From: Geminicoccus sp. | GTDB taxonomy: Bacteria > Pseudomonadota > Alphaproteobacteria > UBA7985 | DNA: 64,000 nucleotides | Direction of reading: 5' to 3' | Assembly: GCA_002708995.1 (NCBI GenBank) | Contig: PAPT01000025.1 | Span: 10,548-74,547 of the forward strand | Part shown: piece after piece, positions 31,279 through 41,206 of the stretch | Layout: each line of letters starts with the position of its first letter | How positions within the stretch are numbered: position 1 is the first letter of the stretch | The notes under the pieces: generated by a model | What the model was told of the DNA's origin: nothing | What the model saw: only the letters and a program-made list of their open reading frames with translations | Database searches by the model: none | Program-made: the position numbers and the translations under genes

Positions 31279-32049
31279 ATGTCTGCCATCGCCACCCTGC
31301 TGCCGCGCCTGCGCGCCGAACGCCCAATGGTCCACGCCGTGACCAACCCGGTCACCCAGCTGTTCGTCGCCGACGCGCTCAACGCCGTATCGGCGCGGCC
31401 GATCATGGCAACCGGCATCGACGAAATCGCCGAAATCAGCGCCGGCGCCGCGGGCCTGCTGATCAACATCGGCGTGCCGCAGTCGGTCGAGCCCTACGCG
31501 GCGGCCGTCAGCGCCCGCAAAGGCGGCAAGAACGCCACCAAGGGGGGCGGCTGGGTGCTCGACCCCGTGGGCGCAGGCGCCTCGCCGCTGCGCGACCGGA
31601 TCGCGGCGAGCCTGCTGGCCTCCAATCCCGGCCCGGCGATCATCCGCGCAAACGCCGGCGAAGTGCTGGCGCTGGCAGGGCAGGCCGGACTGACCAAAGG
31701 CGTCGACAGCCTCGCCAGCGCGGAAGAGGCAGCGGGCGTGGCCAAAATGCTGGCTGAAAAGTACGGCTGCGTCGTCGCCCTGACCGGCGCCACCGATTTT
31801 GTGGTCTCCGGCAGCCGCGTGGTCCGCTTGACCGGCGGTGACCCGATGATGGCGCGGGTGACTGGTATGGGCTGCGTCGCCAGCGCGCTGAGCGCGGCCT
31901 TCCTCGCGGTCGCCGACGACCCCTTCGACGCCACCGTCGCCGCCCTGCACCTGATGAGCGGGGCAGGCGACCACGCCGCCGCGACCACCAAGGGTCCGGG
32001 CAGCTTCCGCACGGCCTTTCTGGATGCCCTTCATGCCGCAGCGGCTTAG
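31279..32049 (+). CDS. thiM: Hydroxyethylthiazole kinase
   Basis: ThiM signatures (VHAVTNPVT, GAGDHAAATTKGPGSF). Confidence 0.9.
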   Translation: MSAIATLLPRLRAERPMVHAVTNPVTQLFVADALNAVSARPIMATGIDEIAEISAGAAGLLINIGVPQSVEPYAAAVSARKGGKNATKGGGWVLDPVGAGASPLRDRIAASLLASNPGPAIIRANAGEVLALAGQAGLTKGVDSLASAEEAAGVAKMLAEKYGCVVALTGATDFVVSGSRVVRLTGGDPMMARVTGMGCVASALSAAFLAVADDPFDATVAALHLMSGAGDHAAATTKGPGSFRTAFLDALHAAAA

Positions 32050-32713
32050 CCCCGAGACCCTGCGCCTCTATGCCATCTTCGGCCCGCAGGACCTCGCCGA
32101 AGGCTGGACAGCAGCCGGGCTGGCAAAAGCCGTGCTGCGCGGTGGGGCGACCTGCCTGCAGTGGCGGGACAAGACCGCGCTGGCCCGCGCGTCTCTGACC
32201 GAACGCGTGAACGCCTGCACCCCGGTGCTCGAGGCCGCCCGCGCCGCCGGTGCGCCGCTGCTGATCAACGACGATGTCGACCTCGCCGCCGCGCTGCAGG
32301 CTGAGGGTGTGCACCTGGGGCAGGACGACCGCGACCCGGAAAGCGCCCGGTCGCAACTGGGACCGGCAGCGATCATCGGCTGGTCGGTCGGCACGGAAGC
32401 CGAGCGCAAACGCCTGCTTGCGCTGCAGGCCAGGGCGCCGGACACGCTCGATTATATCGGGGTCGGCCCGGCCTTCGCCACCACAACCAAGGCCGACGCA
32501 GGGCAGGCGCTGGGGCCGCAGGGCATGGCAGCGCTGGTCGCGGGCCTGAGCTTGCCCGCCGTCGCGATCGGCGGTATCGACCGCACGCGCGCGCCGAAAC
32601 TGGCACAAATAGGCGTGGCGGGCGTCGCCGTGGTCAGCGCCCTGTCCCGGGCATCTGACCCGGCAGCCGAAGCCACCGCGATCCTGCAGGTCTGGAAACA
32701 CGCCGTGACATGA
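32024..32713 (+). CDS. thiE: Thiamine-phosphate synthase
   Basis: ThiE TIM-barrel motifs (LQWRDK, GVHLGQDD, IGGI). Overlaps the thiM 3' end. Confidence 0.9.
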   Translation: MPFMPQRLSPETLRLYAIFGPQDLAEGWTAAGLAKAVLRGGATCLQWRDKTALARASLTERVNACTPVLEAARAAGAPLLINDDVDLAAALQAEGVHLGQDDRDPESARSQLGPAAIIGWSVGTEAERKRLLALQARAPDTLDYIGVGPAFATTTKADAGQALGPQGMAALVAGLSLPAVAIGGIDRTRAPKLAQIGVAGVAVVSALSRASDPAAEATAILQVWKHAVT

Positions 32714-32866
32714 TGAAGTACGGCGAGACTTCGCTTTCACGGCAGATTCAGCTAATCTCGAAATTGCCAAACAAGAGGTGCAGATTAGGTTTCCCATAAG
32801 CCGGGACAAAACCGGCACTGGTCCAGCACCCGAGCCCATATTTGATCGATCATTCAGGAATTCACG

Positions 32867-33520
32867 ATGCACAAGTCCGCTGACGTAACCCGCCGCTTTG
32901 CCCTCGAAGCCGGTGTGGGCAGCGTACTCGCCCTCGGTTTGACGCCGGGGACCCTGCTGGCCCAATCCGATGAAGACCCCGCTGAGATCATCCTCCGCAT
33001 CGCCGGGGATGCCTTCAACCTGTTCGGGTCACTCAACGGCCGCAGCCGCGACTGGGGCTCCCGCCGTGCCTGGGCGCGCGACGTCACCCGACTGCGCTTC
33101 GCCACCAAGGACATGGCGGTGCGCGCCGGTGGTGCCTTCCTGCGTGAATTCGACGACGAAGAGCTCGAAACCTACTTTGCGCTGACCGAGCAGGCCGCAG
33201 CCGAGTTTCTGCTCGACATTTTCTCAGTCTACGAGACCAACACCTCGTTCTTGGTGAACCGGGTCCGTCCTAACCGCTCGAACACGGCAACGATCATGGA
33301 AACCACGGTGGTGGCGCAGGGCACGACCTACCGCGTCGACTGGACGGTGATCGACGATGGCGGCGTGCTCAAGGTCTCCAACGTCTCGATTTTCGGGCTC
33401 AATCTGGTGTCGGATTTCCGCGCCTCGTTCCGCGATTCCCATCGCAACGGCGGCGTGCGCAGCGTGCTGTCCATGCTCGACACCCGGGTCAAGCGCTCGC
33501 AGCGTAAGTTCCCCGGCTGA
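32867..33520 (+). CDS. MlaC/Ttg2D-family phospholipid-binding periplasmic protein (Tat-type signal)
   Basis: Signal RRFALEAGVGSVLALG and a loose match to the Tgt2/MlaC fold. Stand-alone gene. Low-confidence family call. Confidence 0.4.
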   Translation: MHKSADVTRRFALEAGVGSVLALGLTPGTLLAQSDEDPAEIILRIAGDAFNLFGSLNGRSRDWGSRRAWARDVTRLRFATKDMAVRAGGAFLREFDDEELETYFALTEQAAAEFLLDIFSVYETNTSFLVNRVRPNRSNTATIMETTVVAQGTTYRVDWTVIDDGGVLKVSNVSIFGLNLVSDFRASFRDSHRNGGVRSVLSMLDTRVKRSQRKFPG

Positions 33521-33582
33521 AGCCACACAGCACCGGGTCGCGTGGCATGACCGGCCAGCGCAGGTTACAGTTTGGCCGATGA

Positions 33583-34092
33583 TTAGTCTCTGAGCGAGAG
33601 CTCCATGAACAGGCTTTCGGGCGCATCATCGCCGATGTAGTCCCCGAAGGCGTCGCGCTCGACAAAGCCCTTTTCCCGGTACAGCGCGACGGCGGCCTCA
33701 AGCTTCAGCCCGGTTTCCAGCCGCACGAAAGCCAGGTCGCGCCGCTGCGCCATATCCAGCAGGGCTTCGAGGATCGCCCGCCCCAGTCCTTTGCCGCGGG
33801 CCACGGGCCGCACGTACATGCGCTTGAGCTCGCCCCAGTCGAGGTCCTTGACCACCAGCGCGCCGCAGCCCACGGCGTGCCCCTGATAGCGGGCGACCAG
33901 AAAATGCACGTAGTCGGTCGCCAGATCATCGACGCTGGACATGTAGACCGCGTCTTCGTCGTAGACCCCCAGCATTTCCCGGTCCAGCTCAGCAACCAGC
34001 GCCGCGACATCGGCCTGTCGCGGGTCTTCGAGGGCAAAGACCGCCACACCCGGTGCGGCGGTCTGATCAGCAGCAGGGCCGTCCGCAGCCAC
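33583..34092 (-). CDS. GNAT family N-acetyltransferase
   Basis: Acetyl-CoA motif RGKGLGRAILEAL. Confidence 0.7.
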   Translation of the reverse strand: MAADGPAADQTAAPGVAVFALEDPRQADVAALVAELDREMLGVYDEDAVYMSSVDDLATDYVHFLVARYQGHAVGCGALVVKDLDWGELKRMYVRPVARGKGLGRAILEALLDMAQRRDLAFVRLETGLKLEAAVALYREKGFVERDAFGDYIGDDAPESLFMELSLRD

Positions 34093-35087
34093 TATTCAAC
34101 GCCATCCGGTGGCGCGACCATGGGGGTGCGGTTGGTGCCCTTGGGCACGACCTCCCAGCCCGGGTACTCCGGCTCGTTGTCGACCATTTCGGCCGGAAAG
34201 CCATCGGCAAGAATCTCCACGCCAGCGGCTTCTTCCAGCCTCCGGATGATATTGGGCGACCACTCGCGCGCGCCGTAGCGGGCCTCGCCGTCCTTGAAGA
34301 TGTCGATCAGCATGGGTGAGATTTCGAGCTCGATCCCGGCCCGGTCGGCCACGGCCTGGAACAGGCCGATGTCCTTGCTGACCAGATCCATGGTGAAGTT
34401 GATGTCGCGCGACCCGTTCAGGATCACCTGACTTTCGGTTTCGTGGACAAAGGATGTGCCGCTGGAAATGCGGATCGCCTCGTAGGACGTGTTCAGGTCC
34501 ATGCCCGCCAGCTTGCAGGTGACCAGCGCCTCGCTCAACGTCACCAGATTGGCGGTTGCCAGATAGTTGGTCACCACCTTAAGGATGCTGGCGCTGCCCA
34601 GTTCCCCGGTGTGCAGGATGCGCCGACCCAGCGACTGGATCACCGGGAAGGCGCGCTCGAAGGTCTCACGCGTGCAGCCCGCGAAGATCGAGATGTTGCC
34701 CGTCGCTGCACGGTGACAGCCGCCGGAAACCGGGCAGTCGATCGGCTCCGCACCCTTGGCTTTGACCAGCGCCCCCAGACGCCGCACTTCACTCTCATCG
34801 GTGGTGCTCATCTCCGCCCAGATGCTGCCGGGGCGCAGACCGGCGAGGATGCCGTCATCGGCCTCCATCACCGCCGCGCTGGCGGCGGGCGAGGGCAGGC
34901 AGGTGATCACCATATCAACGGCCTCGGCCATGGCCTTGGGGCTCTCCGCCCAGTGCGCACCCTTGTCGAGGAAGGGCTGAGCCACGTCCTTGTCGAGATC
35001 GCGCACGGTCAGGTCAAAGCCGTTGCGCAGCAGGCTGCCGGACAGTTTCCCGCCGACGTTACCCAGACCGATAAATCCTACTTTCAT
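34092..35087 (-). CDS. NAD(P)-dependent oxidoreductase, 3-hydroxyisobutyrate dehydrogenase (HIBADH/6PGDH-like) family, with C-terminal extension
   Basis: GFIGLGNVGG Rossmann motif and HIBADH-like core. Start at ATG 35087. 1-nt overlap with the downstream GNAT gene. Confidence 0.75.
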   Translation of the reverse strand: MKVGFIGLGNVGGKLSGSLLRNGFDLTVRDLDKDVAQPFLDKGAHWAESPKAMAEAVDMVITCLPSPAASAAVMEADDGILAGLRPGSIWAEMSTTDESEVRRLGALVKAKGAEPIDCPVSGGCHRAATGNISIFAGCTRETFERAFPVIQSLGRRILHTGELGSASILKVVTNYLATANLVTLSEALVTCKLAGMDLNTSYEAIRISSGTSFVHETESQVILNGSRDINFTMDLVSKDIGLFQAVADRAGIELEISPMLIDIFKDGEARYGAREWSPNIIRRLEEAAGVEILADGFPAEMVDNEPEYPGWEVVPKGTNRTPMVAPPDGVE

Positions 35088-35250
35088 CGCTACCCCTCCT
35101 CCCGGGCTTCTGTGATTCGGCGTCGGGATACCATGTCCCGGGAACAGCATCTTTCGTTTTGCGACCCGCGGGCGGCGGGCGAAAGACGATTGCAGCCCCC
35201 AACCGAAATCGGCCCTTTACCGACTGGGCCAAAGTAGGCAAAAGGCGAAC

Positions 35251-35646
35251 ATGTACGAAGCGACCACGCGCAACATCCGGGTTCTCGCCGAACCCTTCTT
35301 CGTCGACAGCGAGTCCCGGCCCGAAGAGCATCATTTCTTCTGGGCCTACCGCATCGTCGTGGAAAATCAGGGCGAGGAAACCGTGCAGCTGATCTCCCGC
35401 TACTGGCACATCACCGACGCGCGCGGCAACGTCGAGGAAGTGCGCGGGCCGGGCGTGGTCGGCGACCAGCCGACAATCTCCCCCGGCGAAAGCTTCAGCT
35501 ACGAAAGCGGCTGCCCGCTCTCCACCCCCAGCGGGATCATGCGCGGGCACTACAACTTCCAGAGTGAAGACGAGCAGGACAAGTTCATGGTCGCGATCCC
35601 GGCATTCTCGCTGGACAGCGACTACGAGCACGGCTCGGTCAACTGA
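35251..35646 (+). CDS. apaG: ApaG (DUF525) protein
   Basis: Characteristic ApaG pattern (FFWAYRIVVENQGEETVQLISRYWHITDARG...GVVGDQP). Confidence 0.85.
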   Translation: MYEATTRNIRVLAEPFFVDSESRPEEHHFFWAYRIVVENQGEETVQLISRYWHITDARGNVEEVRGPGVVGDQPTISPGESFSYESGCPLSTPSGIMRGHYNFQSEDEQDKFMVAIPAFSLDSDYEHGSVN

Positions 35647-35683
35647 CCACACCACTCGCCTGCTCTTTCCTGCTCCTCAATGA

Positions 35684-36412
35684 TCAGAAATCGAGATCCA
35701 GCTCCAGCCGGTCGCGCAGGTCGTCCTCGTCGCGCGCCTCGACCACGGCGAGGCAGATGTCGTAGCTGAAGCCGCGTCGGGCCAGCGCCGCCATATCCTT
35801 CTCCCGCCGCTCGGCCCGGACCTCGCTCAGCGGATTGAAGACGCCGAGCCGCCGCCGGCGGGCAAACTCCAGCCCGGCCCGGCGATCCATGGCGCGGGTG
35901 TCCTCCCCGTGCCCCAGCTCGTCCGCCGCCGCCGCCATGGCGCGGTCGAGGGCCTCCCCCCGGATGCCCTTGCCGACCAGCGTCTGGCGGATCGCCCGGG
36001 CGGACTTGCCACTGCGGTGCAGGGAGACGGCGCGGGTCTGGGCAAAGGCCTCGTCGTTGATGAAACCCAGCCGCTTCATGTCGTCGATCAGGGCGTCGAC
36101 CCAGGCAGGAATATCGGGGTCAGGCTCGTGCAGGGTCGCCGACTTGCGGATACGCCGGTTCAGGACCGCGCGCAGCGACGCTTCGGTCGCGCTGTAGCGA
36201 TCAAGGTAGTGCAGGGCGACCCGGCGCAGGTATTCGGGGGTGATCTTCCGGGGTTTACGCGGCTGCCGTCGACCCGCGTTGCGACCCCGGCGAGGGTTCT
36301 GCTGCGGCCCATCCTCGCCCGCTTCGCCGCGGCCCTGCGGGCGCGCTGACGCATAGTCGGGATCGAAATCTGCAGAGGGGTCATCGCTTGACAAAGGACG
36401 GGGGCTCGGCAC
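35684..36412 (-). CDS. recX: Recombination regulator RecX with basic/low-complexity N-terminal extension
   Basis: C-terminal three-repeat RecX helical domain (LRRVALHYLDRYSATEASLRAVLNRR...). The start is placed at GTG 36412. The longer ORF (to 36523) would run through a terminator-like hairpin and overlap argD. Confidence 0.65.
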   Translation of the reverse strand: MPSPRPLSSDDPSADFDPDYASARPQGRGEAGEDGPQQNPRRGRNAGRRQPRKPRKITPEYLRRVALHYLDRYSATEASLRAVLNRRIRKSATLHEPDPDIPAWVDALIDDMKRLGFINDEAFAQTRAVSLHRSGKSARAIRQTLVGKGIRGEALDRAMAAAADELGHGEDTRAMDRRAGLEFARRRRLGVFNPLSEVRAERREKDMAALARRGFSYDICLAVVEARDEDDLRDRLELDLDF

Positions 36413-36432
36413 AACGTTGAAATCAATGGATT

Positions 36433-36467
36433 CTCCCGCTGTCCGCGCAGCGGGAGTTTCTTTTTTA
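36433..36467 (+). terminator. Terminator-like hairpin + T-tract on + strand (ctcccgctg-tccgcg-cagcgggag TTTCTTTTTT) in recX-argD divergent region
   Basis: 9-bp perfect GC stem followed by a 10-nt T-rich run. Unusual in a 65% GC background. No + strand gene ends here. Confidence 0.4.
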
Positions 36468-36501
36468 CGCCCCTGCGGTCGCTTGTGAAAGGTCCAAGCC
36501 C

Positions 36502-37710
36502 ATGCCCGACGGCACCCTGTCACCCTCGCCCCATATCGCCCCGACCTATGGCCGCGCGCCGCTGGCCTTCGAGCGCGGTGAAGGCTGCTGGCTGTACACG
36601 GCCGAGGGCGAGGGCTACCTCGACTTTGCCTCGGGTATCGCGGTGAATGCGCTCGGGCACGCGCATCCGGTGTTGGTCGAGGCGCTGCGCGATCAGGCGG
36701 GGAAGCTGTGGCACACCTCGAACCTCTACGAAATTCCGCACCAGCGCGAGCTGGCAGAGAAGCTGGTCGCCCACTCCTTTGCCGATCTGGTGTTCTTCTG
36801 CAATTCAGGCGCTGAAGCGCTGGAAGGCTGCTTCAAGGCCGCACGCCGTTACCACCACGTCCACGGCAACCCGCAGAAGTACCGCATCATCTGCGCGAGC
36901 AACTCCTTTCACGGCCGGACGCTGGCGACCATCGCCGCCGCCAACAACCCCAAGCACCTCGACGGCTTCGGCCCGGCGGTCGACGGCTTCGACCACGTGG
37001 CGTTCAACAATCTGAACGAGACCCGCGCGGCGATCACCGAAGAAACCGCTGCCATTCTGGTCGAACCCATTCAGGGCGAAGGCGGCATAAACCCGGCGGA
37101 TCTGGACTACCTGCGCGCCCTGCGGTTGGTCTGTGACGAATTCGGGCTGCTGCTGATCTACGACGAAGTGCAGTGCGGCATGGGCCGGACCGGGCGCCTG
37201 TTCGCCCACGAATGGGCCGACGGCGAGGCCGACCCGGACCTGATCGCAGTCGCCAAGGGCATCGGCGGCGGCTTCCCGCTCGGCTGCTTCATGGGCACCG
37301 GCGCAGCCATGGAAGGGATCAGCGCCGGCACCCACGGCACCACCTACGGCGGCAACCCGCTGGCCAGCCGCGTGGGCTGTGCCGTGGTCGACCTGCTGCT
37401 GGAGCCGGGCTTCCTCGATGGCGTCTACGCGCGCTCGATGCGGCTCTGGGACGGGCTGGGCGGCGTCGTGGCGGCGCACCCCTCGGTCTACGAACTCCAC
37501 CGGGGCGCGGGCCTGATGCAGGGTCTGAAGGTGGCCGAACCCCATGCCGCCGGTGACCTCGTGGCACGCCTGCGCGACGACCATCGCCTGCTGACCGTAC
37601 CCGCGGGGCAGAACGTCATCCGTATTCTGCCGCCGCTGGTGGTCAGTGACGCGGAAATCGACCAAGCACTGGCCGCCTTCAGCGACGTCGCGGCGGCTGT
37701 CTCAGCCTGA
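36502..37710 (+). CDS. argD: Acetylornithine aminotransferase (class III PLP aminotransferase)
   Basis: Class III aminotransferase motifs ([26 protein letters not shown]). Precedes argF. Confidence 0.9.
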   Translation: MPDGTLSPSPHIAPTYGRAPLAFERGEGCWLYTAEGEGYLDFASGIAVNALGHAHPVLVEALRDQAGKLWHTSNLYEIPHQRELAEKLVAHSFADLVFFCNSGAEALEGCFKAARRYHHVHGNPQKYRIICASNSFHGRTLATIAAANNPKHLDGFGPAVDGFDHVAFNNLNETRAAITEETAAILVEPIQGEGGINPADLDYLRALRLVCDEFGLLLIYDEVQCGMGRTGRLFAHEWADGEADPDLIAVAKGIGGGFPLGCFMGTGAAMEGISAGTHGTTYGGNPLASRVGCAVVDLLLEPGFLDGVYARSMRLWDGLGGVVAAHPSVYELHRGAGLMQGLKVAEPHAAGDLVARLRDDHRLLTVPAGQNVIRILPPLVVSDAEIDQALAAFSDVAAAVSA

Positions 37711-37777
37711 ACGCGCCCGAAACCCTGACAAACCACCGACCCATCAACTCACCACGGAGAAACGGAGACTGTCCGAC

Positions 37778-38686
37778 ATGACCCAGCATTTTCTCGACCT
37801 CAAAGACGTCCAGACCAGCGATCTGAGAACGATCATCGACGGCGCCAAGGCCCTCAAGGCTGCCCGACGAGCTGGGTCTGAAGAACGTCCGCTGGCGGGA
37901 AAGAGCCTGGCCATGATCTTCGAGAAGCCCTCGACCCGGACCCGTGTGTCCTTCGAATGCGCAATCCGGCAGCTGGGCGGCGACGCCGTCGTTCTCAACG
38001 CCGGCGATATGCAGATTGGCCGCGGGGAGAGCATCCACGATACGGCCAAAGTGCTGTCGCGCTACGTCGACGGCATCATGATCCGCTGCTTCTCCCACGA
38101 CCTTCTGACGGGGCTGGCCGAGCACGCGACGGTGCCGGTGATCAACGGTCTGACCGACCGCTCCCACCCTTGTCAGCTGATGGCCGACGTCATGACCTAC
38201 GAGGAGCATAAGGGCGACATCGCCGGTTCAACCCTCGCTTGGGTCGGCGACGGTAACAACGTTGCCGTGTCGCTGATCGAGGCGGCCAAGCAGTTCGGCT
38301 TCCACGTCCGCGTCGGCACCCCGCCCGAGCTGGCACCGCCGGCGGAGACCGTGGCCTGGGCCGGCGACGCAGCCGTGACCCTGACCCACAGCGCAGAAGA
38401 GGCAGTGGCCGGCGCTGATGCGGTCTTTGCTGACACCTGGGTCAGCATGGGCGACAAGGACGCTGCCAACCGCCACAACCTGCTCGCACCGTTTCAGGTC
38501 AACGACCGCCTGATGGGGCTGGCCGACAAGGATGCGATCTTCCTGCACTGCCTGCCCGCGCACCGCGAGGAGGAAGTCACCAACAGCGTCATGGACGGCC
38601 CGCAATCGGTTGTCTTCGACGAGGCTGAAAACCGCCTGCACGCGCAGAAGGCCGTTCTGGCCTGGTGCATGGGCGCGCTGTCGTGA
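37778..38686 (+). CDS. argF: Ornithine carbamoyltransferase
   Basis: STRTR carbamoyl-phosphate motif, HPCQ, HCLP motifs. Start at ATG 37778. Confidence 0.9.
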   Translation: MTQHFLDLKDVQTSDLRTIIDGAKALKAARRAGSEERPLAGKSLAMIFEKPSTRTRVSFECAIRQLGGDAVVLNAGDMQIGRGESIHDTAKVLSRYVDGIMIRCFSHDLLTGLAEHATVPVINGLTDRSHPCQLMADVMTYEEHKGDIAGSTLAWVGDGNNVAVSLIEAAKQFGFHVRVGTPPELAPPAETVAWAGDAAVTLTHSAEEAVAGADAVFADTWVSMGDKDAANRHNLLAPFQVNDRLMGLADKDAIFLHCLPAHREEEVTNSVMDGPQSVVFDEAENRLHAQKAVLAWCMGALS

Positions 38687-38701
38687 GGCAATAGAACGAG
38701 C

Positions 38702-39637
38702 ATGGCCACCATCGACCTGACCGACACCAGCGGTGCGGCACCCGTGGGCGGGGACAACATCGCCCTGCCCTACATGGTCCACGGTACGGATATCTCCGGC
38801 CGGCTGGTGCGGCTGGGGACGACGGTGCAGGACATCGTCGACGTCCACCGCTACCCAAGGCCGATCGCGGCTCTGCTCGCCGAAGCCTCAGCGCTTGCCG
38901 CTGCCATGGCGTCCTCGCTGAAGTTCGACGGCAAGCTGATCCTGCAGACCCAGTCCGACGGGCCGGTGACCATGCTGGTGGCCGACGTGACCACCGATGG
39001 CGCCCTGCGCGGCTACGTGCAGTTCGACGAGGCGCGCTACGCCGCCCTCGGCATGCACGATTTCCGCTCGCTGCTGGGCAAGGGCTACATCGCTTTCACG
39101 GTCGATCAGGGGCAGTACGCGGAACGCTATCAGGGCATCGTTGACCTCGACGGCGGCAACCTCGCCGAATGCATCGAGCACTACTTCGCCCAGTCCGATC
39201 AGGTCGATATGGCCGTGCGCACCGCCGTCGACGTGGACGCCGATGGCCGCTGGCGGGCAGGTGCGATCCTCGCGCAGCGGCTGCCGGAAATCGGCGGTGA
39301 GGGCGAGGTTACCGACAGCGAGGCGGCGGCCGAGGCCTGGAACCGCGCGCTGGCCTTCGTCGGCTCAGTGCGGCCGGGCGAGCTGACCGATCCGGCGCTG
39401 GAGGGCGAGACGCTGCTCTACCGCCTGTTCCACGAAGATGGGGTCCGGGTGACGGAGACGCAGGCGCTGCGGCAGGCCTGTCAGTGCTCGGAAGACCGGC
39501 TGCGGACAGTGCTGCTGTCGCTCAGCCCGGAGGAGCTAGCCGATTGCTTCGTCGACGGGCGGGTGAGCTCGACCTGCGAGTTCTGCAACACCACCTACAG
39601 CTTCACCCCCGAAGATCTCGCCATCACGCGCCAGTAA
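38702..39637 (+). CDS. hslO: Redox-regulated chaperone Hsp33
   Basis: Hsp33 N-terminal domain plus C-terminal zinc centre CQCS...CEFC. Confidence 0.9.
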   Translation: MATIDLTDTSGAAPVGGDNIALPYMVHGTDISGRLVRLGTTVQDIVDVHRYPRPIAALLAEASALAAAMASSLKFDGKLILQTQSDGPVTMLVADVTTDGALRGYVQFDEARYAALGMHDFRSLLGKGYIAFTVDQGQYAERYQGIVDLDGGNLAECIEHYFAQSDQVDMAVRTAVDVDADGRWRAGAILAQRLPEIGGEGEVTDSEAAAEAWNRALAFVGSVRPGELTDPALEGETLLYRLFHEDGVRVTETQALRQACQCSEDRLRTVLLSLSPEELADCFVDGRVSSTCEFCNTTYSFTPEDLAITRQ

Positions 39638-39696
39638 GCGCTGATTGGCGGAGGCGCGCGCGAGGACAGTGCGCCGCCGCCACCGCCACCGCCGGA

Positions 39697-41142
39697 CTAT
39701 TCGCGCCAGAAGCTCGGCACCAGCAGCACCAGCACGGTGAACAGCTCCAGCCGGCCCAGCAGCATGCCCGCCGCCATGACCCACTTGGCCCCTTCCGGCA
39801 GCCCGGCAAAGGTCGACGACGGCCCGACCACCGGTCCCAGCCCGGGGCCAACGTTGGCGACCGCCGTCGCGGCCGAGGAAATCGCAGTCACCATGTCCAG
39901 CCCCATGAAGCCCAGCGCCGCGGCGATGCCCGCGAAGGTCAGGATGAACAGGAAGAAGAACACCTGCACCGACTCAGCGACTTCGTCGGTCAGCGGCTTG
40001 CCGTTGTAGTAGGTGACCCGCACCCGGCGTGGCTCGGCGAGGCGCCGGACCTGCGCAACCGAGGTCACGTACAGCACCTGAAAGCGGAAAACCTTGATCC
40101 CGCAGGAGGTCGAGCCCGCACAGCCGCCGATGAACATGGCCACGAGCAGCAGCGCCTGCGGGAAAGCGCCCCAGGCTGAATAGTCCGTGCTGGCGTAACC
40201 CGTGCCGGTGATGATCGAGGTGGTGTTGAAGGCCGCGTGGCGCAGCGCGTCCGGCCAGGCGGCGGTCGAGGACGTGACCTGCCACAGGGTCAGCAGCCCG
40301 ACCCCGACCGCAACAAGGGTCAGGAAGGTCCAAACCTGGCTGTCACCACGCAGGGCCGTGGCGTCGCGCTGGGACAGTCGGATGAACAGCAGGAACGGAA
40401 TCGAGCCGAGGATCATGAACAGGATCGCAGCGCCCTCGATCGCGGCACTGTCGAAGAAGGCAAAGCTGCTGTCGTGGGTGCTGAAACCACCGGTGGCGAT
40501 GGTGGTCATGGCGTGGGTGACAGCATCGAAGGGCTTCATGCCAAGGATGAAATACGTGGCCGCCGCGATGGCGGTGAGTACGACGTAGACCTGAATAATC
40601 TTGAAGGCCAGTTCCCCGGCGCGCGGCAGCAGCTTCTCGGTTTGCTCGAAGGACTCGGTGCGGAACAGCTGCATACCGCCGATTTGCAGGACCGGCAGCA
40701 GGCTCATCGCCGTCACCACGACCCCGACCCCGCCAAGCCACTGCAGCAGGGCCCGCCACAGCAGGAACCCGGGCGAGAGCAGGTCCAGCCCGGTCATGAC
40801 CGTCGATCCCGTGGTGGTAATGCCAGAGGTGGACTCGAACACCGCCTCGGCGAGGCTCAGATCAAGGTCACCGAGGACAAAGGGCAGCGCACCGAACAGG
40901 CACACCAGCGCCCAGGCCACGGTGGTGAAGATGAAGGCATGCCGGACCGAGAAAACCGGCTTCTTGGTCCGCGTGGTCATGCTCAGCGTCAGCCCGGCAA
41001 AGCCGGTGATCGCTGCGGACGCCACAAACGCGCGCCAAGCCGGATTGCCGTGCAAGGCCTCGAAGGCCGCCGGCACCATCATCGCCACGGCAAGAATGCC
41101 GAGCAGATAGCCGACAAGGTTCGCGACTGATCGGAGATCCAA
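39697..41142 (-). CDS. trkH: Trk-type potassium uptake protein TrkH
   Basis: 481-aa polytopic protein with repeated selectivity-filter-like GITTTG/TGG motifs typical of TrkH/KtrB. Confidence 0.9.
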   Translation of the reverse strand: MDLRSVANLVGYLLGILAVAMMVPAAFEALHGNPAWRAFVASAAITGFAGLTLSMTTRTKKPVFSVRHAFIFTTVAWALVCLFGALPFVLGDLDLSLAEAVFESTSGITTTGSTVMTGLDLLSPGFLLWRALLQWLGGVGVVVTAMSLLPVLQIGGMQLFRTESFEQTEKLLPRAGELAFKIIQVYVVLTAIAAATYFILGMKPFDAVTHAMTTIATGGFSTHDSSFAFFDSAAIEGAAILFMILGSIPFLLFIRLSQRDATALRGDSQVWTFLTLVAVGVGLLTLWQVTSSTAAWPDALRHAAFNTTSIITGTGYASTDYSAWGAFPQALLLVAMFIGGCAGSTSCGIKVFRFQVLYVTSVAQVRRLAEPRRVRVTYYNGKPLTDEVAESVQVFFFLFILTFAGIAAALGFMGLDMVTAISSAATAVANVGPGLGPVVGPSSTFAGLPEGAKWVMAAGMLLGRLELFTVLVLLVPSFWRE

Positions 41143-41206
41143 AGTCCCGCTCCCGGGCCGTTATTCCAGCCTCAGAGCTTAAATCTGCTTAACCCGCAGA
41201 GCAACC

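Noticed and set aside
30754-32034. 426-aa minus-strand ORF
   Set aside because: Antisense to the TRAP SBP and thiM genes. No conserved motifs.
39650-39700. GC-rich inverted repeats after hslO (ggcggaggcgcgcgcgagg...cgccgccgcc)
   Set aside because: No following T-tract and imperfect pairing. Cannot be supported as a terminator from sequence alone.
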